Positions 28,559 through 38,814 are shown, numbered from the stretch's first letter. The stretch: 64,000 bases of DNA from Pirellulales bacterium (GCA_041736895.1 JBGSSS010000062.1:8558-72557); one strand, 5' to 3'. The notes: generated by a model not told the origin, from the letters alone. A program made the numbers and translations.

Positions 28559-29143
28559 TTACGGGTTCGGGTAAGGACTGCCCGGACCGTAGTTGAGATT
28601 CCCAACCATGTGGAAGTGGTCATGATCGATGTAGACAACTTCGACTTCTTCAGGCTTTTCCAGCGTGTGCGGAATCGGCCAGCCGACTCGGATGCGTTCA
28701 TCAAAATAGATGATGATCTTGTACCGAGCATGGTGCAGTTGGACGGGGCCGATCAGCGGCACAACGCGCGGCGGATCGATGAAGTCGGCGATCTTTTCCT
28801 TGACGATGCGAACGTTGTTGCGTTGCGTTTCGTCGAAGAACGGCACACCGCCGCGGACGGGGCGCGCCTTTTCCAACGCCCGCATGCATTCGTCATCGCT
28901 GGGCGTGTCGATCGCTTGTGTTGGCCCGCCGGCGGCGATCGGCCCGAGGATCGGAGCGCGGTCATAGCGCTCATGCATGTGGTGATTCCACTCTGGTTGA
29001 TCCTGATAGAACGGGCTGACCGGAATCGGAATCGACAAGGGGCCAAGGTTCGGACCTTGGGTGGCGATCCAGAAGCAACCCGTGTTGGTCAGCGTCCAAA
29101 GTGCCAGGACGGCGAGCCAGGATGATTTGAGTTTGAGCGACAT
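28559..29143 (-). CDS. Conserved hypothetical lipoprotein
   Basis: Lipobox-like TNTGC; GGAG RBS; coding-like composition. Confidence 0.75.
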   Translation of the reverse strand: MSLKLKSSWLAVLALWTLTNTGCFWIATQGPNLGPLSIPIPVSPFYQDQPEWNHHMHERYDRAPILGPIAAGGPTQAIDTPSDDECMRALEKARPVRGGVPFFDETQRNNVRIVKEKIADFIDPPRVVPLIGPVQLHHARYKIIIYFDERIRVGWPIPHTLEKPEEVEVVYIDHDHFHMVGNLNYGPGSPYPNP

Positions 29144-29339
29144 GCACCACTCCTTGGAGCCTGTAATAGTTCGCTGGTTTCTGCCGCCGGAAGCGGCTGG
29201 TCTTTAGCACATCGGGGAATCCCCGCCGATGTCGATGAACACTTGCCCGAACGAGCGCAATGTCACTACACCATTTATCGTGTGAAACTATGACGAACTT
29301 GCGGATTATTTCGATCCGGCGAAGATTTCTGGGAAAGTA

Positions 29340-29397
29340 GTAGCTGAAGTCGTAAGACTTCAGAGCATTCAATCTGAAGACTCACGACTTCAGCTAC
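29340..29397. repeat. REP doublet, family B
   Basis: GTAGCTGAAGTCGTAAGACTTCAG ... CTGAAGACTCACGACTTCAGCTAC; related copy at 30650-30707. Confidence 0.8.
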
Positions 29398-29434
29398 AAA
29401 AAAAGACCCTGGAGAATCGCATCGATTCTCCAGG
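29398..29434 (-). terminator. Intrinsic terminator of the BON gene
   Basis: CCCTGGAGAATCG/CGATTCTCCAGGG stem with T-run on - strand. Confidence 0.8.
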
Positions 29435-29482
29435 GCCGAGGGTTTCAGTCGTAAGCCGATCAGGCGGGCTGCAAGCCTTCGC

Positions 29483-30376
29483 TTAGTGCGAGTCCTTGAA
29501 GTCCAGCATCCACCAGCCATCGTCCCATTCCAAGCTAACTTTGCGCCAGCCCATCGGAACTTGCGGATAAGGATAGAACGGCCCGATGTACGGCCAGGCA
29601 CTGGCCGAATATTGCTTCGGATAAGTCACCGCCGCGTAGTTCGGATGCGCGGCATAGCTCGGCCAAGCATAGTTCGGCATGCTCGGGGCGTCGTACGCCA
29701 TTGGAGCAGGCATCATGTTGGGGCTGGGAATCGCCGCGGGCATCGGGCCGCCTTGCATCGGACCGCCTTGCATCGCACCAGAAGGCAGCATCCCCGGAGC
29801 TGGAACTGGTTGATGCGAGGCCATCATTTGCGGCGGAGCGCCGCGGCCTTGCATGGCTTGACCCGAGATGGGCTGGCCATACGGTTGATTCGAGCGCGGG
29901 GCCATCATGGGCATCGGCTGGCGTTGCGGGGCAGCGCTTGGCAAGCTCGTTGGCATTGCGGGATACGACTGCATTTGTTGCGGCATTGTGCTCGCCGCCA
30001 CGGCTTGTTGCACACCGCTGGTTGGTTCTTGGGCGAACAAACCCGTTGGCTGACGCAATGGCGAAGCCGCAGGCGTCGGCGTCCCAACGGGCTTAGCGCC
30101 AGGTGCCTTGACACTCAGATTGTTCACCACGCGCTCGATCCCGGGGGTGACCTCGGCAATCGACAGAGCATCGTCGAGCTGCTGGGCGCTGCTCACGGTG
30201 CCGTTGAGCTGAGCCACGCCTTCGTGGACTTTGACATTAATGCTGTAGCCCTTGAGCTTACCGCTACTCTTCAGGTTTTGGCCGATTTGTTGGGCCACTT
30301 CTTGATCTCCGGCCACGGCAAAAGCCGGGCTGAGAATGGCGAATCCCATCGCCAAGGTTGTCCAGAACCGTCGCAT
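29483..30376 (-). CDS. BON-domain protein with aromatic-rich C-terminus
   Basis: Signal peptide; INVKVHEGVAQLNGTV...PGIERVVNNLSV; C-terminal YPKQYSASAWPYIGPFYPYPQVPMGWRKVSLEWDDGWW. Confidence 0.85.
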   Translation of the reverse strand: MRRFWTTLAMGFAILSPAFAVAGDQEVAQQIGQNLKSSGKLKGYSINVKVHEGVAQLNGTVSSAQQLDDALSIAEVTPGIERVVNNLSVKAPGAKPVGTPTPAASPLRQPTGLFAQEPTSGVQQAVAASTMPQQMQSYPAMPTSLPSAAPQRQPMPMMAPRSNQPYGQPISGQAMQGRGAPPQMMASHQPVPAPGMLPSGAMQGGPMQGGPMPAAIPSPNMMPAPMAYDAPSMPNYAWPSYAAHPNYAAVTYPKQYSASAWPYIGPFYPYPQVPMGWRKVSLEWDDGWWMLDFKDSH

Positions 30377-30649
30377 GAATCCCTCCTGGTGGCATGCAGC
30401 GGGTTCGTTGTCGGCGTGAACCGAGGATTACCGGCCCACGGCCGGAATCCTGCAACGAACCATCATGAATTGTTGACTGAAACCCTAGTCACCTGCGCGA
30501 TGCGCAAGGTGGCTGAATAAGATTGTCGGTAAACGGTTATGCCGAAGGGGAGTCTTTTTTGGGATTTGCCGAAAATGTCTGGAAGTCGGATTAAGCGGAG
30601 TGTTCCGCTAGCAGAAGGAACCTTGCCCCGATTGCCTAGACCTTCGTTT

Positions 30650-30707
30650 GTAGCTGAACTCGTAAGAATTCAGACTTGTGCCACTGAAGTCATACGACTT
30701 CAGCAAC
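30650..30707. repeat. REP doublet, family B (degenerate)
   Basis: GTAGCTGAACTCGTAAGAATTCAG ... CTGAAGTCATACGACTTCAGCAAC. Confidence 0.75.
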
Positions 30708-30728
30708 ATACGGGAATCCTAGCCTTGC

Positions 30729-31289
30729 TTAGCGCCGTTCGGAAATTCCGCTGCGTGCTTGCACCGGGGTGCGGAGCACTGTCTGCAAGGTGCCCTGAAT
30801 TATGGCCGGCGTTTGTTTGCCAACGATTCGCGCCGTGAGTTGCCCCTGCGGACCAAGGCAGATCAACGTGGGAAATCCCGTCACCCCGTATTGCTTGCAT
30901 AATTCGGGATGCGCATCCGCGTCGATTTGTATGCACTGAAACGAGCGGGTCAGGTTTTGAATCTCGGGCAGGCTCAACACATCGTCGGCCAATTGATGAC
31001 AATATTTGCACCACTCGGCCGTGAAAAACAGGAGTACCGGCTGGCCGAAGCGCTGCGCGCGAGCGATCGATGCATCGTGGTCGAGCGAAAACGCCACTGT
31101 TGGAACGCTGGTCGTTTGCGCAGGGGAGTTCACAGTAGATGGTTTATTTGGCACAACCCAAGAATCGCAGCCGCTTAGGGCGATCGTTGCCAACGAGCAA
31201 CCCGCTAGCTTGAACCAATCGCGGCGGGTTGGATGAGCGGCTAGAGCAACACAACAGTCGGGATCGAGATCGGGATCCATCGGCGACAT
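30729..31289 (-). CDS. Thioredoxin-family protein, probable Tat-exported lipoprotein (start uncertain)
   Basis: TRRDWFK twin-Arg motif, LSGC lipobox, FTAEWCKYC, YGVTGFPT. Confidence 0.8.
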   Translation of the reverse strand: MSPMDPDLDPDCCVALAAHPTRRDWFKLAGCSLATIALSGCDSWVVPNKPSTVNSPAQTTSVPTVAFSLDHDASIARAQRFGQPVLLFFTAEWCKYCHQLADDVLSLPEIQNLTRSFQCIQIDADAHPELCKQYGVTGFPTLICLGPQGQLTARIVGKQTPAIIQGTLQTVLRTPVQARSGISERR

Positions 31290-31696
31290 CCATTCGCTAC
31301 CAAACATACATACCTTCGGAGAAAAGATTGCGGGAATTGCGGCGGCACGCATCCTACGCGCCGTGATTTGGGACGATTCCCGCTTTACTAACATCGAGAC
31401 GAGGAGTGCCACCCTATCAGGTTTTCAAACCGGCGAAAGGGAGATTTGTCGTACTAGCGTGTTGGTCGGCGTGGTTAGGCAGCCAAGGTCATCCTGGCAA
31501 ACTTTTTTCACCCCACTGACGCTAGCAGCCACTCCGCAAGAAAGAGATTTGCTGGCGACAAAGGTTCGCATCTTGACGAAAACGGTCTGGACCATGCCCC
31601 GGTCATCAAGTATTTTCCCCGCCCTTGTCGGATGTCCTTTTCGAAAACTTGAGAAAAAGTTTTCACATCCGCAAGAAAATATTCTGGGAGTCCTGG

Positions 31697-33793
31697 ATGT
31701 CCGTCGGGTCGGCCACCGCCGCGCCGGTTACCTCGCTGCCGCTTGCCCGTGCGCAGGACTTGGTCCTGCCGTTGGGCATCATCGCCAGCGTGTTGGTAAT
31801 CATGGTGCCGCTGCCTCCGGCATTGTTGGATATTTTGCTGTCGTGCAACGTCACGGCGGCAATCATCATTCTGCTCACCACGATCTACGTTAAAACACCG
31901 CTCGAGTTCAGTATCTTTCCGTCGCTGCTCTTGGCAACGACACTCGCGCGATTGGTGTTGAACGTCGCGACAACGCGGTTGATTCTGACGCGTGCGCCAA
32001 AAGACAAGGCCCTCGCCGCGGGGCATGTGGTTAAAGAATTCGGCGAGTTCGTCGCGGGGAATCAACTTGTCGTCGGGATCATCATCTTTGTGATCATCGT
32101 CATCATTCAGTTCATGGTGATCACCAAGGGTGCGACGCGTATCAGCGAAGTTGCCGCGCGTTTTGCCTTGGACGGGATGCCCGGCCGGCAAATGGCGATC
32201 GACGCCGACTTGAATGCCGGCACGATTGATGAAAACGAAGCGCAACGCCGCCGCCAAGACATCACCAAACAAGCCGACTTCTTCGGGGCCATGGATGGTG
32301 CGAGTAAGTTCGTCCGCGGCGATGCCATCGCCGGGATCCTGATCACGATCATCAACGTCATCGGCGGAATCGTCATTGGTGTTGTCGATGGCGGCATGAC
32401 TGTCGGCGGCGCGATGTCGGTTTACACGAAGCTCACGATCGGTGACGGCCTCGTCAGCCAGGTTCCGGCGTTCTTGATCTCGTTGGCAGCCGGTTTGCTC
32501 ACGACTCGTTCGAGCTACGAAACGAACCTGCCCAAGGAATTTTTCGGGCAGCTCTTTTCGCGTCCGCAAGCGTTGTTTGTCACAGCCGGCTTTCTTGGCG
32601 TGCTGGTCTTCACAAACCTTCCCGCCGTGCCGCTGCTGAGTTTGAGCGGTGGTTGCATTGCGATCGCGCTGGTATTGCGTCGTGATAAGAAACAACAAGT
32701 CGTTGCCACCGAAACCAAAGCCGCGGCCGAAGCGGCAAAGCCGACCGAAGAGCGCATCGAAGACTTCCTCGCCACCGATCCGATGGAAATCGAAATCGGC
32801 GTCGGGCTCATCAAGCTGGCCGATCCGAAACGCGGCGGCGACTTGCTCGAACGCGTCCAGCGCGTGCGGCAAAACGTGGCAGGCGAAATCGGCATCATCA
32901 TGCCCAAGGTTCGCATCCGCGACAACGTCCGCCTCGACCCGAACCAATATCGCATCAAGATCGCCGACATCTCCGTCGCCGAAGGGATGCTCGAACCACA
33001 CAAGCTGCTGGCGATGAACTCTGGCATGGCGACCGGGACGATCGGGGGCCTCGAAACGCGCGACCCGGCGTTCGGCACCCCTGCTCTGTGGATCGAACCA
33101 GGTCAACGCAGCCAGGCCGAACTCTACAGCTACACCGTCGTTGAACCGGCCTCGGTCTTGGCGACACACCTGAATGAAACAGTGCGCAAGCACGCTGATG
33201 AAATCCTGACGCGCGACGCGACCAAGCACCTGGTCGATGAGCTCAAGAAGACGCAACCAGCGACGGTCGATGAACTGATCCCAAGCCAAATGAAACTGGC
33301 CGAAGTGCAGCGCATCTTGCAGATGCTGCTCCGCGAGCAGGTCTCGATCAAACTTCTCAGCCCGATCCTCGAAACGCTCGGCGACTACGCTTCGCGCACG
33401 AAAGATCCGGTGCTGCTCACCGAGTATGTGCGGCATCGTTTGGCGCGGCCGATCTGTTCGCGCTACCGCGATCGCGAGAACCGCTTGTTTGTCCTCACGC
33501 TCGATCCGGCTGTCGAAGACCGGGTCAAGGCGGGCATCGAACACAACGAGCGCGGGCTCAACGTCAGGATGTCGCCGCCGGCGATTGAGGCCACGAACCG
33601 CGCGATCGCCAAGGAACTCGACAAACTCCTCCGCCAAAACAAGCCGCCAATTTTGCTGGTCAGCCCGCAGATTCGCGCGGGCCTGAAACAAATCACGGCG
33701 ACGCAACTGCCGCGGTTGGTTGTGTTGAGCTTCAACGAAATCACGCGCGACACGGTGATCGAATCGGTTGGCATGGTGGTGGATGGGAAGTAG
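31697..33793 (+). CDS. flhA: Flagellar export protein FlhA
   Basis: FSIFPSLLL, ITKGATRISEVAARFALDGMPGRQMAIDADL, FFGAMDGASKFVRGDAIAG. Confidence 0.97.
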   Translation: MSVGSATAAPVTSLPLARAQDLVLPLGIIASVLVIMVPLPPALLDILLSCNVTAAIIILLTTIYVKTPLEFSIFPSLLLATTLARLVLNVATTRLILTRAPKDKALAAGHVVKEFGEFVAGNQLVVGIIIFVIIVIIQFMVITKGATRISEVAARFALDGMPGRQMAIDADLNAGTIDENEAQRRRQDITKQADFFGAMDGASKFVRGDAIAGILITIINVIGGIVIGVVDGGMTVGGAMSVYTKLTIGDGLVSQVPAFLISLAAGLLTTRSSYETNLPKEFFGQLFSRPQALFVTAGFLGVLVFTNLPAVPLLSLSGGCIAIALVLRRDKKQQVVATETKAAAEAAKPTEERIEDFLATDPMEIEIGVGLIKLADPKRGGDLLERVQRVRQNVAGEIGIIMPKVRIRDNVRLDPNQYRIKIADISVAEGMLEPHKLLAMNSGMATGTIGGLETRDPAFGTPALWIEPGQRSQAELYSYTVVEPASVLATHLNETVRKHADEILTRDATKHLVDELKKTQPATVDELIPSQMKLAEVQRILQMLLREQVSIKLLSPILETLGDYASRTKDPVLLTEYVRHRLARPICSRYRDRENRLFVLTLDPAVEDRVKAGIEHNERGLNVRMSPPAIEATNRAIAKELDKLLRQNKPPILLVSPQIRAGLKQITATQLPRLVVLSFNEITRDTVIESVGMVVDGK

Positions 33794-33832
33794 GAAGTTG
33801 CTCCAAGATATGAATGGTTACATGTGAAAGGG

Positions 33833-33917
33833 TTTTAGGTTGTAAGTCGTAAGTTGTAGGTAGATGCGATTTGCCTTCTACCTACGACCTATAACTTACA
33901 ACTTACAACTTACAACC
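33833..33917. repeat. Inverted array of heptamer tandem repeats (TTGTAAG / CTTACAA)
   Basis: GTTGTAAGTCGTAAGTTGTAGGTAG ... CTACCTACGACCTATAACTTACAACTTACAACTTACAACC. Confidence 0.75.
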
Positions 33918-33941
33918 CAAGACCAGAACACAGTCAAAAAA

Positions 33942-35231
33942 ATGAAAACTCCAATCGATAACCCCGACATCCGCGTCTTCCGCGCCAAAAGTCTCCACGA
34001 GGCGATTGCGCGAATCCGTGCCGAGTTCGGACCGACGGCGGATATCGTGCGGACGCGCGAAGTTCCCGTGCCAGGTTTCTTGAATCGGATGTTCGGCCGC
34101 ACGGAAATCGAAATCACCGCCGGCCCGCCGAAAGCTGTTGCAGGAGCGACTCCAAAATCGGGACCACCAGTCGAATCGCCACGCATGACCGAATGGAATG
34201 ACGGCGTCGGACTCGATTTGAGTGCGGGACAAATCGCGGATAGCTACGCCGCCATCGATAACCAGCAGAGTAATCCGACAGACACGGCTTCTGACCTTGA
34301 TGAAGCCACGGCCGCCTCATTGAGCCGCTTGCGAAACCTCTTTCAAGAGCGCAAAAACGAGTCGCAGGCCCCATCGCAGCCTGCTCCAACCTTCAGTGCC
34401 GGCCCGAGCCGGCTGGTGCATTGGCCCGAGACCTGCTTCGAGGTGTACAACGAATTGATCGAAGCCGATCTCGAGACCGAGATCGCCCGCGAGCTCATCA
34501 CCGCCGTTCATCAAGCCGCGAATCCACGCGAGTTGGCCAGCGTCAACTTGCTGCGGCAGCGCGTCCTGCGCGAGATGGCCGGCCGAATAGCGACCTCGGG
34601 TCCGGTGCGGATCCCTGTCGGCCAACGCCGAGTCGTCGCGCTCATCGGCCCCACGGGTGTCGGCAAAACGACAACCATCGCTAAACTCGCGGCGAACTCA
34701 CGGCTACGCGATCGCCGCCGCGTTGGCTTGCTGACGCTTGATACGTATCGAATTGCCGCGGTCGATCAATTGCGAACTTACGCCGAGATCATCGAGTTGC
34801 CATTGGCCGTGGCCTCGACGCCGGATGAGGTCGTCGCCGCGCTCGACCGAATGCGCGATTTAGAATTGGTCCTCGTCGATACGGCAGGTCGCAGCCCGCG
34901 CAACGAACAGCAACTGCAAGAACTGCAAACAATGCTCGACGCGATTCAACCCGACGAGACGCACTTGGTGATGAGCTGCTCGAGCAGCACCAAGCAATTG
35001 CTGCAAACGGCCGAACTTTTTGCCACGGTCGGGTATTCTCACCTGCTGATGACCAAGCTGGATGAAGCTCTTTCTTTGGGGTCGCTCGTGTCGCTCGCCC
35101 GAGCGCAACAAGTGCCGCTCAGTTATCTCACCACGGGCCAGAACGTGCCTGACGACATGGAAATCGCGGAGAGCACGCGTTTGTGCGAGCAGATTCTGCG
35201 GTTTGGAACGCAACGAAACATGGCTGCTTGA
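33942..35231 (+). CDS. flhF: Flagellar SRP-family GTPase FlhF
   Basis: GPTGVGKTTTIAKLAA, DTYRIAAVDQL, DTAGRS, TKLDE, TGQNVPDD. Confidence 0.95.
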   Translation: MKTPIDNPDIRVFRAKSLHEAIARIRAEFGPTADIVRTREVPVPGFLNRMFGRTEIEITAGPPKAVAGATPKSGPPVESPRMTEWNDGVGLDLSAGQIADSYAAIDNQQSNPTDTASDLDEATAASLSRLRNLFQERKNESQAPSQPAPTFSAGPSRLVHWPETCFEVYNELIEADLETEIARELITAVHQAANPRELASVNLLRQRVLREMAGRIATSGPVRIPVGQRRVVALIGPTGVGKTTTIAKLAANSRLRDRRRVGLLTLDTYRIAAVDQLRTYAEIIELPLAVASTPDEVVAALDRMRDLELVLVDTAGRSPRNEQQLQELQTMLDAIQPDETHLVMSCSSSTKQLLQTAELFATVGYSHLLMTKLDEALSLGSLVSLARAQQVPLSYLTTGQNVPDDMEIAESTRLCEQILRFGTQRNMAA

Positions 35232-35283
35232 GTTTGTCTTTTGAGCAGCAATTTTACTTTGGAGATTGAAGGCGGTTTTGAAT

Positions 35284-36144
35284 ATGAACAAGACTTACGA
35301 CCAAGCCACGCATTTGCGATCCCTCGTCCACCAGACGGCGACCTGGGAACCGCTGGCCGATCGTCCGCGCATCATCACGCTCTGCGCCGGCAAAGGGGGC
35401 CAGGGCAGCACCACCGTTTCGGTCAACCTAGCGCTCGCGCTCGCGGAGCGAGGTCGCCGTGTCGTGCTAGTCGATGCTTCGTTAAGCCGGCCCGATGTGG
35501 CGAATCTGTTGCGGATCGATCCGGCGTTTTCGATCCTGGATGTGCTGAGTGGACAGCGCAGCATGCATGAAGCCCTGACCCCTGGTCCCGGCGGCATCAT
35601 GGTGTTGCCCGGCGCATGGGATGCGGCCCGCGGGAATCAAATGGTCACGACACTGGAACTCTCGCGCTTGCGGCACGAGTTCGAACGTCTGGGCCGGCAC
35701 GCCGATGTCCTGGTTCTCGATGCTGGCAATACCAACACGCCGTCCTTGGCCGAGTTTTGGCGCATGGCGGACTTAGTTTTGACGATGACGACGACGCAGC
35801 CGCTGGCATTGATGGGAACGTATGCCTTGATCAAGTCGCTGCACACCGAAGCATTGAATTCGACATTAGTCACGCTGGTGAATCAGTCGAGCGACGAAGA
35901 TCTGGCCGAGCGAATTACCGACAAGATCCAGGAAGCGACCCAGCGTTTCAGCGGACGCCAGATCGAAGCCTGGCCCGGCATTCCATTTGATCCTGCCGTC
36001 AGTCAATGGGACGAAGCCCGCCGGCCCTGGTGGCTCACGGCGCGCCTGGACCCCGCGGCATTGGCGCTAGAACAATTGGCCGAGCGTTGTCTGGCGGTGC
36101 TAGCAGAAGTCGGCACTCATGGCCGTGCGCTGGCGTGTGCGTAG
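35284..36144 (+). CDS. flhG: MinD-like FlhG/FleN protein (degenerate Walker A)
   Basis: N-terminal DQATHLR motif, GKGGQGST, NLALALA..VVLVDA; position between flhF and fliA. Confidence 0.85.
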   Translation: MNKTYDQATHLRSLVHQTATWEPLADRPRIITLCAGKGGQGSTTVSVNLALALAERGRRVVLVDASLSRPDVANLLRIDPAFSILDVLSGQRSMHEALTPGPGGIMVLPGAWDAARGNQMVTTLELSRLRHEFERLGRHADVLVLDAGNTNTPSLAEFWRMADLVLTMTTTQPLALMGTYALIKSLHTEALNSTLVTLVNQSSDEDLAERITDKIQEATQRFSGRQIEAWPGIPFDPAVSQWDEARRPWWLTARLDPAALALEQLAERCLAVLAEVGTHGRALACA

Positions 36145-36236
36145 TACAAGCCAACAAAGCCGCCGATGGTATCGGCGGGCATTTGCATTTCTCCTTGGTT
36201 GATTGAGCAGACACAGAAACTTTTTCGGAAATTGAT

Positions 36237-36264
36237 TCACGATGTAACCAGCGGATGCCGATAA
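36237..36264 (+). promoter_or_regulatory. Sigma28-like promoter upstream of orf-fliA
   Basis: TCACG-N15-GCCGATAA (consensus TAAAG-N15-GCCGATAA). Confidence 0.6.
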
Positions 36265-36350
36265 ACTTCGCGTACCCACGACTGCGCCTTGGGGTGTTAA
36301 GTTGTGCGGGTTGCGAAAAGATTGACGGCACTCGAACGCTTGAATGAATC

Positions 36351-36608
36351 ATGTTGGCTCGCCAATTCGCCGTTTTCCTCGGAGTGTTGGCGTTCACCAT
36401 GACGCAAGTTCGGGCAATGGTGAATGGGTTTGAGTTCACCGCGAATCTTTGGCAAGGCTTGGCCGCGATGGCCACCCTCGCCGCGCTTGGCGGAGTGTTG
36501 GGCGGGATCGCCGAGTGGATGCTCGGGGATTCGCTGCGAATGGAGTTGGCCGCCGCGATGGCGGAGAAGCAGAACGAAAAACTAACGGGTCGGCCGCGGG
36601 TCAATTGA
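36351..36608 (+). CDS. Small membrane protein in the flagellar cluster
   Basis: Two TM helices; co-oriented between flhG and fliA. Confidence 0.7.
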   Translation: MLARQFAVFLGVLAFTMTQVRAMVNGFEFTANLWQGLAAMATLAALGGVLGGIAEWMLGDSLRMELAAAMAEKQNEKLTGRPRVN

Positions 36609-36695
36609 ACCGACAACGGTTCAGGCACGCCGAACTGATTCGCAGACGATTCCGGAGGACCATGATGGTCAGCCACTCCGGAATCGAGACCACTC

Positions 36696-37526
36696 ATGGA
36701 GGAGCCGATGGCAACAGTGATCGCCGAAACAGCACCGCCCGCATCGACAGCCGCAGAAATTGCCGCTCAAGAAATCCTGCAAGTCTGGCATGCCTTCAAA
36801 GCGGATATGAACAATCAAGATCTGCGCAACCGGCTCGTCGAGCGGTATCTGCCGCTGGTCAAGTACAACGGCGAACGGATCTGGTCGCGGCTCCCCGAGG
36901 GAGTGGAACTCGACGACCTCATCTCGGCCGGGATCTTCGGTCTGATGGACGCCATCGACGCTTTCGATTTGTCACGCGGCGTCAAGTTCGAGACCTACTG
37001 CGTGCCGCGTATTCGCGGGGCGATGCTCGACGAACTCCGGACAATGGACTGGGTTCCGCGCCTCGTTCGGTCGAAAGCCAGCAAGCTCAACGAAGCATAC
37101 AAGTCGCTCGAAGTCCGCCTCGGCCGCGCCCCGACCGAACTCGAGTTGGCCGAACGCATGGAATTAAGCGTTCCCGAAGTCGAAAAACTGATCCTCGACG
37201 CCAGCGCGGTCAACCTGATCAGTCTGAACAAGAAATGGTACGAAACGGACAGCTACAAGGATGTCCGCGAAATCGATATTCTCGAAGACAAAAAGGGCGA
37301 AGACCCGACCCGCCGCATTCAGAAGAACGACCTGATGCGTCTGGTGACCAAGGGCCTGAATCGCAACGAACGGCTCATCATCATTCTCTATTACTATGAA
37401 GAGCTGACGATGAAAGAAATCGGCGCAACGCTCGATCTGAGCGAAAGCCGCGTGAGCCAGATGCACAGCTCGATCATGCAGCGCTTGCAGCAACAACTCG
37501 GCCGCCGCCGGCCGGAATTTGCCTAA
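36696..37526 (+). CDS. fliA: RNA polymerase sigma factor FliA/WhiG
   Basis: DDLISAGIFGLMDAI, FETYCVPRIRGAMLDELR, DWVPR, LTMKEIGATLDLSESRVSQMH. Confidence 0.95.
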   Translation: MEEPMATVIAETAPPASTAAEIAAQEILQVWHAFKADMNNQDLRNRLVERYLPLVKYNGERIWSRLPEGVELDDLISAGIFGLMDAIDAFDLSRGVKFETYCVPRIRGAMLDELRTMDWVPRLVRSKASKLNEAYKSLEVRLGRAPTELELAERMELSVPEVEKLILDASAVNLISLNKKWYETDSYKDVREIDILEDKKGEDPTRRIQKNDLMRLVTKGLNRNERLIIILYYYEELTMKEIGATLDLSESRVSQMHSSIMQRLQQQLGRRRPEFA

Positions 37527-37557
37527 GGCTTACGGGCAAAACTCATGATGAAAACAG

Positions 37558-37589
37558 AAACACCGCGAGTGATCTCGCGGTGTTTTTTT
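37558..37589 (+). terminator. Intrinsic terminator after fliA
   Basis: AAACACCGCGAG/CTCGCGGTGTTT stem plus T-run. Confidence 0.85.
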
Positions 37590-37627
37590 GTTTAACAACA
37601 GGGCGAGACTGCTGACAAGCGATTCGT

Positions 37628-38185
37628 TTATTTGAGATCGACGAGTTCGCTCTTATGGTCTTCGGCGAATTTTTTTGCCTCTTCAGCGAGTGCTGTATAC
37701 TCGTTTGTCAGTGCCGTTGATTGATCCTCGAGTGCCAACGTCTTTTTATTGAGTGTCGCAAGATCTTGGATCGAGGGGTCCGCGTAGATGAGAAGATACT
37801 TGCGCAGCAGGTCTTGAAGCTCCGCCAGTTTGGCCGTTGATTTTTGCTCCAAACTGTAATACTCGTTCAAATGAGATTCCAGGACGGTATCAGCAGCCAA
37901 CTGATATTTCGCCGCAGCGTCGCGGAAGCTTTCGCCGCTTTTGACAAACAGTTCGGCACCTGCATCTGCAAGTTGACGAATTTCCACGGCTTGCTCAGGG
38001 AAATTCGCTGCTTGGACAGCATGAAACTTCTCGAGGGCTTGGGTCTGCCACGTATTGCCTTGCGTGTAATTGGCGTTGCCTTCTTTGATCAACTCATTCG
38101 CATCGCCTTTCGCATGATTGGACCACCACACCGCGAGCGCGATCAGAATTCCTACCACGCCGAGAATCACATTGAAGATTTTCAT
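37628..38185 (-). CDS. Hypothetical membrane-anchored helical protein
   Basis: N-terminal TM then coiled/helical domain; GAGG RBS. Confidence 0.7.
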   Translation of the reverse strand: MKIFNVILGVVGILIALAVWWSNHAKGDANELIKEGNANYTQGNTWQTQALEKFHAVQAANFPEQAVEIRQLADAGAELFVKSGESFRDAAAKYQLAADTVLESHLNEYYSLEQKSTAKLAELQDLLRKYLLIYADPSIQDLATLNKKTLALEDQSTALTNEYTALAEEAKKFAEDHKSELVDLK

Positions 38186-38265
38186 CTAGCCGCCTCTTTG
38201 CCTAGAACAAGTTTCAACATCGCACTTGAACTATAGCACACAGAAATACGGCGAGATGCAAGTGT

Positions 38266-38814
38266 TTACAGCTCTCCGTTTCGCTTTTCTGGTTTTTTCT
38301 GCGGCGAGTCGTCGGCTTTGAGGATCAACGAATGTCGATGCTCAAATAACCCGACGACCCGCGGCATCAAGGTCAGAATCACATACGCCAGCAGCGTACT
38401 CAGTAAGGCCGTCGCTTCGCGTCCCATTCCGGCGGCCATGCCGATGGCGGCCGTCAGCCAAACGCTTGCGGCCGTGGTCAGGCCCTGGATATTGCCATCG
38501 CCGTTGCCTTTGATAATCGAACCCGCCCCGAGAAAGCCAATCCCCGCGACAAGCCCTTGCAGCACGCGCGTCAAGTCGGCATCACTCACGCCCATCTGTT
38601 GCGGGACGAACACAAACAACGCCGAGCCCAGTGCCACAAGCATGTGGGTGCGCACGCCGGCGGCTTTGCCCTGTTGCTCGCGCTCGAAGCCAAGGATTCC
38701 GCCAAGCAAAGCGGCGATCGTCAAGCGCACAACGATCGTCGTGAGCTGGCTAACATCCGCGATGTCCGAAAACTCGGATTTCAAGGTCTGCCAAATTTCG
38801 GCCCATATTTCCAT
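38266..38814 (-). CDS. MgtC/SapB family membrane protein
   Basis: LGFERE, AGVRTHMLVALGS, GIGFLGAGSI, GLTTAASVW. Confidence 0.92.
   Translation of the reverse strand: MEIWAEIWQTLKSEFSDIADVSQLTTIVVRLTIAALLGGILGFEREQQGKAAGVRTHMLVALGSALFVFVPQQMGVSDADLTRVLQGLVAGIGFLGAGSIIKGNGDGNIQGLTTAASVWLTAAIGMAAGMGREATALLSTLLAYVILTLMPRVVGLFEHRHSLILKADDSPQKKPEKRNGEL

Noticed and set aside
31508-33706. 732-aa ORF antisense to flhA (and similar long shadow ORFs opposite other genes)
   Set aside because: Mirror-frame artefact of high-GC codon bias; no motifs; fully overlaps a clearly real gene.
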